From an uncultured Candidatus Micrarchaeota archaeon (GTDB taxonomy: Archaea > Micrarchaeota > Micrarchaeia > Anstonellales > Bilamarchaeaceae), in NCBI GenBank assembly GCA_963714085.1, contig OY970229.1, forward strand, positions 1,024,001 to 1,088,000: a DNA stretch of 64,000 nt, written 5' to 3'. Shown one piece after another: positions 56,396 to 64,000 of this stretch. Under the pieces are notes generated by a model, which did no database searches, was not told the DNA's origin, and was given only the letters and a program-made list of their open reading frames with translations. Numbering within the stretch: the first letter of the stretch is position 1; every line of letters starts with the position of its first letter. A program made the translations under genes and the position numbers.

Positions 56396-56671
56396 ATGGA
56401 AGTCAAGATACTGAAAGAAGAGAAGGGAGAGCTCACCTTCGAGCTCGTGGGCGCGGACCAGTCCCTGCCGCAATTGCTCGTGGAGAAGCTCAACGCCGAC
56501 AAGTCCGTGGATTTCGCCGCCTGCAAGGTCACCCACCCGCTGGTCGCGAACCCGATAGTCATAGTGCGCACTGGTAAAGGCAAGCCATCGGACGTCGTGG
56601 TCAAGGCCCTCAAGGAGCTCTCCGAGGAGCTCGCCAGCTTCAGGAAAAAATTCTCCGACATCGTAGGGTAG
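56396..56671 (+). CDS. rpoL: DNA-directed RNA polymerase subunit L (Rpo11)
   Basis: MEVKILKEEKGEL.FEL.G, V.FAA.KV.HPL; csl4-rpoL synteny. Confidence 0.9.
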   Translation: MEVKILKEEKGELTFELVGADQSLPQLLVEKLNADKSVDFAACKVTHPLVANPIVIVRTGKGKPSDVVVKALKELSEELASFRKKFSDIVG

Positions 56672-56675
56672 TGGA

Positions 56676-57674
56676 ATGGCTGACCTGGCCGGAAGCCTGC
56701 AGAAGGCGTACGTGCAATTCGCCATCCTCGTCGGCACGCTGCTCTTATACCTGCTTCTGAAGGGGTTCAGCCCCATGCTCGGCGAGCTGCTCCTCGTCCT
56801 CATACTCGTGGAGATACTTGCGATGGTGGCCCTCGAGGTCCGCCAGGGCGCCAAGGAAACAGGCTGGAAGCACGAGCTGATGGACACCGTCCTGGCCCTG
56901 ATGGTCGCGGTCGCCATATGGCTCTCCGCGTCCTTCATACTCAACACCAGCTCGCCCATATCCGCGGTGGTCTCCTGCTCCATGCTGCCCAACCTCTACC
57001 GCGGCGACTTCGTGGTGCTCCAGGGCGCGCAACCGGACTCCTACCAGATATCCATGACCCAGCAGGAGTTCGAGGAGTTCTCCAAGGGCACTCCGACGAT
57101 ATCCTGGAACAACACCCAGATGCAGGTCAACGGTTCGGTATATGCGTATTGCCAATCATCCTATGCGGTCTCGCAGTCGCCGCTCTGCAGGGCTTTCATA
57201 TCCGACCCCTCCAGCGTGTCTGAGGTTTCCGGCCCTTTCACCTACCAGTATTCCACCTGCACCATACAATACACGAATAACAGCCCGACAGTCTACGGGC
57301 CCTGCCTCCAATCCATCCTTTTCCACGGCCAGGAGTACCCCATGAACCTCTCGCACAACGTCATAGTGTACAAGTCCGACCCAGGCAACTACTACAGCCT
57401 CGTGGGGGACATCGTGCACAGGGTGCTCTTCACCATAAACGCCGACGGGCAGACGTATTACATGACAAAGGGGGACAACAACCCGATAACCGACAACCAG
57501 GTCTTCGACTACAACGGCTCGCACATGGGCAACTCGCCGATACCCGCGAAGAACGTGCGGGGCAAGGTCGTAGCCCGGGTCCCGCTGCTCGGCTACTACA
57601 AGCTCGTGATATCGCTCTATTTCCAGGAGGATCCCCAGTGCAATACGCTGATGCACTACCCGTACGTCAATTGA
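56676..57674 (+). CDS. Signal peptidase I (Sec11-type) with large insertion
   Basis: VVSCSMLP, RGD, IVHRV, TKGDNN, GKV..RVPLLG. Confidence 0.88.
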   Translation: MADLAGSLQKAYVQFAILVGTLLLYLLLKGFSPMLGELLLVLILVEILAMVALEVRQGAKETGWKHELMDTVLALMVAVAIWLSASFILNTSSPISAVVSCSMLPNLYRGDFVVLQGAQPDSYQISMTQQEFEEFSKGTPTISWNNTQMQVNGSVYAYCQSSYAVSQSPLCRAFISDPSSVSEVSGPFTYQYSTCTIQYTNNSPTVYGPCLQSILFHGQEYPMNLSHNVIVYKSDPGNYYSLVGDIVHRVLFTINADGQTYYMTKGDNNPITDNQVFDYNGSHMGNSPIPAKNVRGKVVARVPLLGYYKLVISLYFQEDPQCNTLMHYPYVN

Positions 57675-57675
57675 A

Positions 57676-58224
57676 TCAGCGGTTCAGGATGAGGCATACG
57701 TCATCTACGTATTCGCCTTTATGCAGCATCCATTTCGGGAAAATTGCGAATTCCCTGAACCCCACCTTCTTGTAGAGCGTCAAAGCTGGTTTGTTCGGGG
57801 CGAACGCGCAGAGCCAGATGTTCCTCGGCTTCATCAGCTTCCTCGCCATGCTGGTATTCAGGCGCAGGAGCGCTTCGCCCAAACCAATCCCGCGATATGG
57901 TTTCGCAATGGCGATTCCGAGCGAGACGTTGTCCCTTTCCTTGAACCTGCCGCGCCTCGCTTCCGTGGCCCCCGCGATCTTCCCGTCCACCCGCGCGGCC
58001 ATATAATAAAAGTCCCCTTTCTCCATCGCCTTGAGCGAATCCCTCTTCCATTTTTTTTGCTCTTCCAGCGAGTATTTCCTGTCGTGCACGATATAGGTTC
58101 CCTCGGCGATAAGTGAGTTTATGAATAGCCGGAGCTCTGCCGCGCTGTCCTTGTCGCTGAGGAACGAAACAGTCGCAATCCTTCCGTCCTTAAGCCGGAT
58201 TCTCCTGTCCAAGCGCCATGCCAT
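57676..58224 (-). CDS. GNAT family N-acetyltransferase
   Basis: YRGIGLG, NKPALTLYKKVGF. Confidence 0.9.
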   Translation of the reverse strand: MAWRLDRRIRLKDGRIATVSFLSDKDSAAELRLFINSLIAEGTYIVHDRKYSLEEQKKWKRDSLKAMEKGDFYYMAARVDGKIAGATEARRGRFKERDNVSLGIAIAKPYRGIGLGEALLRLNTSMARKLMKPRNIWLCAFAPNKPALTLYKKVGFREFAIFPKWMLHKGEYVDDVCLILNR

Positions 58225-58228
58225 CTGC

Positions 58229-58924
58229 TCAACCGTACTGCGTCGGCTTCTCCTCTTTCGCCATGAGCTCCTTGAGCTCGTCCCTCAGCTCCTGCTTCTG
58301 GTCCGCGGGAAGCTCCACGGTGTCTATCTTGGCAGCCCAGTCCGAGAGCGCGCCCACCATGCGGCCGAAGAGCTTGTCGCTGTCTGTCAGCCGCGCGTAG
58401 TCTATGAGCGCCCTCAACGCGTAGGGCGAGTCCGACGTGCCCATAGCCTCTATCGCGGCGTTCCGGAGCATGCGGTTTAGCTCGCTCTCCGATGCGCATA
58501 GGCTGGAGAATAAGTGCGACAGCAGCTTCGCCGGCTCGTTCCCCTCCAGCTCGCCGAGCAATAGCACGAGCTCCACGAGCCCCTCCACAGAGGACGTGTA
58601 GTCGAACATCTCCTTGTATACGCTCATCCTCAGGGCGCCCGGCGCCTGCTTCGGGGCTTTCTGCTTGAAGTAATCATATGTCTTCAACGTCCTCATGTCC
58701 GATGCCTGCGCGACTATCTCGTTTATCAGGAAAAGCACGTGCTGGCGCACGGAGTCGCCGCCTTTGGAGTACGCCTTCTGCAGGGACTCCACTGCCGCGT
58801 CCTTGGCGGCTTCGTTCACCGCCACCGGGTAGAGCTTCACGCTGCGCATCGCCTTCTCAATGTCTTTCAGCAGGGGGCCGGTCGCTTTGGCGCCCCTCTT
58901 TTCTGCTTTCCTGGCTGCCACCAT
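58229..58924 (-). CDS. Hypothetical all-helical (HEAT-like) protein
   Basis: 231-aa ORF, AGGTGA RBS, LRNAAIEAMG...ALRAL. Confidence 0.7.
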   Translation of the reverse strand: MVAARKAEKRGAKATGPLLKDIEKAMRSVKLYPVAVNEAAKDAAVESLQKAYSKGGDSVRQHVLFLINEIVAQASDMRTLKTYDYFKQKAPKQAPGALRMSVYKEMFDYTSSVEGLVELVLLLGELEGNEPAKLLSHLFSSLCASESELNRMLRNAAIEAMGTSDSPYALRALIDYARLTDSDKLFGRMVGALSDWAAKIDTVELPADQKQELRDELKELMAKEEKPTQYG

Positions 58925-58985
58925 ATCACCTTTTTTATTATCTCTTCCATCTAAACCAATTATCTATATTAAAGTGGTGGTCCTG

Positions 58986-59555
58986 ATGGAGATCCATTTC
59001 GCGACATCTAACGAGGGCAAGTTCCGCGAGGCCAAGGAGATACTCGGCAAGGCAGGCATCGAAGTGTCGCACTTCCAGTTCGAGCACAACGAGATCCGTT
59101 CGGACAGCCTGGAGGAGGTCGCGATCGAGGCGGTACGCGCCGCTTATAACCAGGTGGGGAAGCCGGTTTTCGTCGAGGACGCCGGTCTCTTCATCCACGT
59201 GCTCGAGGGGTTCCCGGGAACATACTCCGCGTGGGTGCAGAGGAAGATCGGGAACACCGGGATACTGCGGCTGCTCGAAGGAGTGCCAGACCGGTTCGCG
59301 GAATTCCGCGCATCGATAGCGTTCACCGCTGACGGCAAGGATGTCAAGTCGTTCGAAGGGATCTGCAAAGGCACGATCGCGAGGAAGGCAGAAGGCCAGT
59401 CCGGTTTCGGCTACGACCCCATATTCGTGCCGGAAGGCCATTCTCAGACGTTCGCGCAAAACATACAATTAAAAAACGAACTATCGCATAGATACAAATC
59501 TCTTTCAGAGTTTTCCAGGTATCTTCAGGGATATCAGAAGGGCTCTAAGTTCTGA
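58986..59555 (+). CDS. rdgB: Non-canonical purine NTP pyrophosphatase (RdgB/HAM1)
   Basis: FATSNEGK, EDAGL, GFPG, GFGYDPIF, KNELSHR. Confidence 0.95.
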   Translation: MEIHFATSNEGKFREAKEILGKAGIEVSHFQFEHNEIRSDSLEEVAIEAVRAAYNQVGKPVFVEDAGLFIHVLEGFPGTYSAWVQRKIGNTGILRLLEGVPDRFAEFRASIAFTADGKDVKSFEGICKGTIARKAEGQSGFGYDPIFVPEGHSQTFAQNIQLKNELSHRYKSLSEFSRYLQGYQKGSKF

Positions 59556-59564
59556 GGTGTTTTT

Positions 59565-60017
59565 ATCGCAAGATTACATTCGAAGCGGAAGGGGAAGGCG
59601 GGCACGAAGAGGCCGAAGTCAGCCGTCGCACCGGAGTGGTCCGGCGCGAAGAAGGCAGAAGTCAAGGAAATAGTCCTGAAGATGGCAAAGGAGGGTGTGA
59701 CCCCCACCAGGATAGGGCTCACTCTGCGCGACCAGCACGCAATACCGAACGCAAAGGCGGTGCTCGGCATGGGCGTCATCTCGTTCCTCAAACAAGAGAA
59801 CGCGCTTCCGGAGTTCCCGGACGACCTCATGAACCTGATCAAGAAGGCGGTGCGGATGCAGGAGCACCTCAAGACGAGGCGGGACATCCACAACCAGGTC
59901 AAGCTCAGGCACGTGGAATCCAAGATAGGCAGGCTGGTGAAATACTACGCCGCCAAGAAGAGGATACCCGCCGGCTGGAGATACGATGCGGAAAAAGCCG
60001 CGCTCCTCGTGAAGTGA
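59565..60017 (+). CDS. rps15: 30S ribosomal protein uS15 (apparent ATC start)
   Basis: (I)ARLHSKRKGKAGTKRP...IGLTLRDQH..PDDLMNLIKKA..ESKIGRLVKYY; GAGGTG RBS. Confidence 0.95.
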   Translation: MARLHSKRKGKAGTKRPKSAVAPEWSGAKKAEVKEIVLKMAKEGVTPTRIGLTLRDQHAIPNAKAVLGMGVISFLKQENALPEFPDDLMNLIKKAVRMQEHLKTRRDIHNQVKLRHVESKIGRLVKYYAAKKRIPAGWRYDAEKAALLVK

Positions 60018-60021
60018 TCAC

Positions 60022-60615
60022 ATGGCTGCCAAGAAAACGAAAGTAGTAGATAAATGGAAACAGAAGAAATGGTACGCAGTCTCAGCCCCGGCGATTTTCG
60101 ACTCCAGGCAGATATGCGAGGTCGTCGCGGCGGAGGACGCCCAGCTCACGAACAGGATAATACGGACCACTCTGGCGGACATCGGGGTCACCGGCGCGGG
60201 CCAGGTGGGCATGTTCACCTCGCTGCGGTTCAGGATAACCGACGTGAAGGGAACCACCGCGAACACGAAGCTGATAGGCCATGAGATAGCGCCTTCCTAC
60301 GTGAAGACGTTCGCGAGGAGGGGCCGCTCGCTGATCCACCAGGTCGTGGACGTCAAGAGCAAGGACGGAGTCCACATCCGGCTCAAGGCCATCGTGGTGA
60401 CCGGCGCGCGGGTGAGCGAGAACACCATGAGGAACCTCAGGGCCGCCACGGTGAAGGAGATATTCACAAGCGCCTCGGCGTTGAATTTCGACCAGCTCAT
60501 GCAGGACGTGCTCTACGGCAAGTTCACCGCCAACCTCTACAGCACGCTGAAGAAGATCACAAGGATAAGGCGCGTCGAGATCCGCAAGTCCGAGCTCAAA
60601 GAGGTATTCGCATGA
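60022..60615 (+). CDS. rps3ae: 30S ribosomal protein eS1 (S3Ae)
   Basis: DKWKQKKWY.V.AP..F, RRVEIRK. Confidence 0.95.
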   Translation: MAAKKTKVVDKWKQKKWYAVSAPAIFDSRQICEVVAAEDAQLTNRIIRTTLADIGVTGAGQVGMFTSLRFRITDVKGTTANTKLIGHEIAPSYVKTFARRGRSLIHQVVDVKSKDGVHIRLKAIVVTGARVSENTMRNLRAATVKEIFTSASALNFDQLMQDVLYGKFTANLYSTLKKITRIRRVEIRKSELKEVFA

Positions 60616-60944
60616 TGCCTCCGGGCATGGACCCGAAGCATATGAAGCAGATGATGAAGCAGATGGGCATCGGCTCGGAGGAGCTCGATGCCAAGAGCGT
60701 AGTCATCGAAACAACAGACGGCAAGCTGATCGTCGACAATCCACAGGTCGTCAAGATAACCATGCAGGGCCAGGTGTCGTTCCAGATATCCGGCACCGTG
60801 CGCAAGGAATCCTCCATAAGCGAGGATGACGTCAAGATGGTGGCGGAGCAGGCCGGGGTCCAGGAACAGGACGCCAGGGCGGCGCTCGAATCCAGCGACG
60901 GGGACATCGCCGAAGCCATCATGAAGCTCAAAGAAGGCAGATGA
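60612..60944 (+). CDS. nac: Nascent polypeptide-associated complex protein
   Basis: MKQMMKQMGI, FQISG, EDDVKMVAEQAGV, GDIAEAI. Confidence 0.95.
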   Translation: MMPPGMDPKHMKQMMKQMGIGSEELDAKSVVIETTDGKLIVDNPQVVKITMQGQVSFQISGTVRKESSISEDDVKMVAEQAGVQEQDARAALESSDGDIAEAIMKLKEGR

Positions 60945-60988
60945 ACCGCCGCTAGTTATAAAAAATCTATCATCCCATATTGGAACCC

Positions 60989-61576
60989 ATGGGACTCAGA
61001 AGGGAATTGCTTCTCGTCATCGTGCTGCTCCTGCTCATAGTCCTTCTCGTCAAGGCAGTCGGGTTCTTCCAGCCAAACGTGCAGCCGGCTGACGCGGCGA
61101 ATTTCGTGCTCCAGGACCTGGCCGTGAAGTATCCAACGGCCAATATCTCCATACTCGAGACCACACCCATGGTAAACAGCCAGGGTGAGAAATATTTCGA
61201 GGTGAAGGCGAAGGTCACGGAGGGGGTCTACACGCCCTGCCCGGTGAGGGAGCACATCTACTACGATTACCCGGTGCAGAACTTCGTCCCGCAGCCGCCC
61301 GACATCGTAACCGACAACTGCACGGTCTGCACCACGGGCACCTGCATACTCAACTTCCCCGAAGAGGCGATAATCGCGTCCCACACGTTCCCCGGGACGG
61401 AGCAAGTATCCTCGTTCATAAACGCCTCGCAGGCGGTTCCGAGCACGGAGGACCTGGGGACGCAATGGCTCGTGAAATGGGATTCGGTGAGCTCGCCTTA
61501 CTATTATACCGTCCTGCTCGACAAGGGCGGCGAAGTGCTCAACGTGACGCAGACGCAGAAACCGTCTACCCAATAG
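60989..61576 (+). CDS. Hypothetical membrane-anchored secreted protein
   Basis: N-terminal TM helix; TPCP.R, C..C....C, EEAIIASH. Confidence 0.75.
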   Translation: MGLRRELLLVIVLLLLIVLLVKAVGFFQPNVQPADAANFVLQDLAVKYPTANISILETTPMVNSQGEKYFEVKAKVTEGVYTPCPVREHIYYDYPVQNFVPQPPDIVTDNCTVCTTGTCILNFPEEAIIASHTFPGTEQVSSFINASQAVPSTEDLGTQWLVKWDSVSSPYYYTVLLDKGGEVLNVTQTQKPSTQ

Positions 61577-62537
61577 ATACCCTGCTGCCTTCTGTTGCTA
61601 TCTCTTTTCCGATGAATTTCCGGATTATCTCCGCGTTCGTCTGCAGGTGGGCGCTCATGCCCGAAGTTGTGAACGAGGTTTTGCCGTCCGCGAGCGCGCC
61701 GTAGATTAGCAGCTGGTCAGCCAGATGCGCGTCCACGTCCGAATCGCTTTTTTTCTCCTTCATCAGGGCGTCGTAGGCCTCCTGTGCCACGGCCTCGGAC
61801 TTCTTCCCCTTCTCTCCCAGCGCGTAGCTGCCGAGCAGCCCGGCCCAGGCGGTCACGCAGTTCCCCGGGCAGCTCACGTCGTCCTCGAACACGCGGATGT
61901 CCTCGATGCCGTTCTGGACGAATATCTTCTTCTCCCGTATGGCGACCAGCATGGGGAGCTTGGACAAGCGGATCAGGACCCTGACATGCTCTTCTTTCGG
62001 CCAAACGACGTTCCCGGCGAGCCTGGACGGCTTTATCGTCATCTCGATCCTTCCGCCTCCCGTCGGGTAGTATCCGGGCCTTACGATCCTGCTCTCCACA
62101 GCAGCTCCCATCAACCGTATCGCAGGCAGGAAGACCTTGTCGAAATAGTCGTATCCCGGGGACTTCATGACATGCGTGCCCCCGGTTATCCTCACCTCGC
62201 TCTCCTTGGATGCCGCGAGCAGGATGGGGATCAGCGTCTGCGCCACGAGCGTGGCCGAGCCCGCGGTGCCGATGTCGAAATCGTACCTTCCGCCCACTAT
62301 CTCGCCCGGGTGGAAGACTAGGTTCCTGCTGCCCTGCTCCGCGCCTTCGAGCGTCCCCCTGCACACGTTGCGCACCGCCTTCACCGCGGTCAGGTGCTGC
62401 GGCTGGAGCCCCGGGTTCGGCCTTCCGGCGCGGATGCTGTCTATGGATACGTCTTTCCTCGTGATCGCGGCGAGGGTGAGCGCGGTCCTTATGACCTGGC
62501 CGCCACCCTCCCCATGGGATCCATCTACATGTATCAT
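61566..62537 (-). CDS. rtcA: RNA 3'-terminal phosphate cyclase
   Basis: DGSHGEGGGQ.IR, IRAGRPNPGL.PQHL, GGTHV, GYYPTGGG, HLADQL. Confidence 0.96.
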   Translation of the reverse strand: MIHVDGSHGEGGGQVIRTALTLAAITRKDVSIDSIRAGRPNPGLQPQHLTAVKAVRNVCRGTLEGAEQGSRNLVFHPGEIVGGRYDFDIGTAGSATLVAQTLIPILLAASKESEVRITGGTHVMKSPGYDYFDKVFLPAIRLMGAAVESRIVRPGYYPTGGGRIEMTIKPSRLAGNVVWPKEEHVRVLIRLSKLPMLVAIREKKIFVQNGIEDIRVFEDDVSCPGNCVTAWAGLLGSYALGEKGKKSEAVAQEAYDALMKEKKSDSDVDAHLADQLLIYGALADGKTSFTTSGMSAHLQTNAEIIRKFIGKEIATEGSRVSIG

Positions 62538-62721
62538 AAATGCACCGTGTGAAATACCAGGCACTAAGCCGAATGAAAATTAGGCCAGCGGTTTGACCCG
62601 CTGGCAAGGCGACCAGTTATCCTCCCATGCACTCAAAAAGAGCGTGAGTCAATTACAAGTTAAATTTATTCATATTTATAAATCTTCCCATCCGCGGTGT
62701 CAATTTATGCTGGCTGATGTA

Positions 62722-63606
62722 TTATTCTGAAAACACGAACCTCGTGGCCCCGTCGTAACCGCCTTCCAGGATCCCGGCCAGGCGCGCCTCGCTCCCTGCG
62801 ACGACCACGCACTCCACGCGCGCGGCGGCTACGGCCATGTTTCTGGCCTTGACCGCCATGCCATCGGTTATCACGCCCTGCTCCATGAGCCGCACGGCTG
62901 AACCCTGGTCCAGCACCGCCAGCCTCGAGCCGTCTTCTCCGAGCACGGCCTTGTCCGAGAGCATGATGAGCTTCCCTGCGCCTGCCTCGACGGCCACGCA
63001 AGCCGCCACCTCGTCGGCATTTATGTTCAGGAACCGGTAATCTTCGTCGCTGCCCTGGAGCCCCATGGAGGACATCACCACCACGTCGCTTCTCTCCAGC
63101 ACGTTCTTCAGCACCCCGAGGTCCACTTCGTCCACGTTGCCGCTGCAGCTGTCGCCTATCGGCTTGCCGCGCACTATCGGCGCTCCGCCGGCGATGCCCG
63201 CCTGACAGACGCTCATGCCGTGCCCACTGATTGCGCTGGCTATCTCGTGGTTTATCCATTCGAACACGCCCGTGATGACGTGCATGGCCTTTGGGGTGGT
63301 GACCCGTATCCCGTCCTTTTTTTCAGTTTTGATGCCAGCCTCGGAAAGCGCCGCGTCTATCTGCTTCCCTCCTCCGTGGATTATTATGAACTTGCTTCCC
63401 TTGGCCACCGCATCCTTTATGTCTGCGGCGAGCGCAGCGAGCCTTCCCTTGTCATCCAGGATCTTGCCGCTGAGCTTCACTACCACCAGGTTGGAAATCA
63501 GCTTGCCGGTCTCCGGCTGCTTCTTGCTGGCCCTGGGCGTGGAATGGCCCTCTCTAAGCAGTTGCAGATGGGCAGCTGGCGACATGGTCTCATCCGGTCG
63601 TGGCAA
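62722..63606 (-). CDS. argB: Acetylglutamate kinase (amino acid kinase family)
   Basis: VVKLSG, HGGGKQI, GIRVT, NINADEVA, GMAVK. Confidence 0.88.
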   Translation of the reverse strand: MPRPDETMSPAAHLQLLREGHSTPRASKKQPETGKLISNLVVVKLSGKILDDKGRLAALAADIKDAVAKGSKFIIIHGGGKQIDAALSEAGIKTEKKDGIRVTTPKAMHVITGVFEWINHEIASAISGHGMSVCQAGIAGGAPIVRGKPIGDSCSGNVDEVDLGVLKNVLERSDVVVMSSMGLQGSDEDYRFLNINADEVAACVAVEAGAGKLIMLSDKAVLGEDGSRLAVLDQGSAVRLMEQGVITDGMAVKARNMAVAAARVECVVVAGSEARLAGILEGGYDGATRFVFSE

Positions 63607-64000
63607 ACGAACTCGGTATAGCCGCCACGAGGGGCGCGTATCTGGCGGCGTTCTCTTCCCGGATACCCCGCCAGTACACGTTATATCCCCCTACGGGTAT
63701 CGGGCCGTCTGCCCCGTGTTCTACGTACCATCTGTTTGTCGCGTCCCTTTCGGGTCCCTTCCCGGTCCGCCACATCAATTCAGGATACTCCGTCCCCAGG
63801 ATTGTCCATATCGCGCTCCCGACTCCGTTTCCTTTAAAATCCGGGTGTGTCGCGAACTTGCAGAGGTAGGAATATGGTATGCCTGGTATGTCCCTGATTA
63901 GCGCGATGCTTTTGACATTTCCCTTTTCCACGATCACGCCCTGGAAGTCGTCCATGTCCATGTAGCCTTCCACAAGCTTTCTCCCGAAGCTGAGCTCGAG
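63590..64000 (-). CDS. C-terminal NAT (DUF619-like) acetyltransferase domain, N-acetylglutamate synthase-like; runs off window
   Basis: SFGRKLV..Y, YLCKFAT...KGNGVG..IW, LMWR, NRWY, YWRG. Confidence 0.75.
   Translation of the reverse strand, partial: LELSFGRKLVEGYMDMDDFQGVIVEKGNVKSIALIRDIPGIPYSYLCKFATHPDFKGNGVGSAIWTILGTEYPELMWRTGKGPERDATNRWYVEHGADGPIPVGGYNVYWRGIREENAARYAPLVAAIPSSFATTG

Noticed and set aside
1..64000. CRISPR array or cas genes
   Set aside because: No regularly spaced direct repeats seen; the only RNA-guided nuclease is TnpB.

Overview
A compact, GC-rich archaeal chromosomal segment, most consistent with Candidatus Micrarchaeota (DPANN). The evidence is a ~389-aa three-unit ARMAN-type (epsilon2-like) tRNA splicing endonuclease, a tRNA-Ile(UAU), PolD small subunit, LonB, Csl4/RpoL, eS1 and aTrm56. 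Most of the window is housekeeping: aminoacyl-tRNA synthetases, RNA processing, folate/C1, lipid and sugar-phosphate enzymes. Reading the raw sequence adds features the ORF track misses. There are four tRNA genes, all interrupted (7 BHB introns; tRNA-Arg(UCU) has three), and an SRP RNA that appears to lack helix 6. There is an IS200/IS605 (IS1341-like) element with intact TnpB, plus a second, orphan copy of its 108-nt right end/omega-RNA scaffold 14 kb away with a different guide. Also present: a 32-aa hyperacidic micro-ORF, an apparent ATC start codon for rps15, and an in-frame Csl4-RpoL fusion probably caused by one extra base. Accessory genes include a >1417-aa protein whose C-terminal half reads like a membrane beta-barrel, a tandem pair of double-FHA membrane proteins, and secreted lipoproteins with catalytically dead metallo-domains. 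All assignments are by eye, without database searches.
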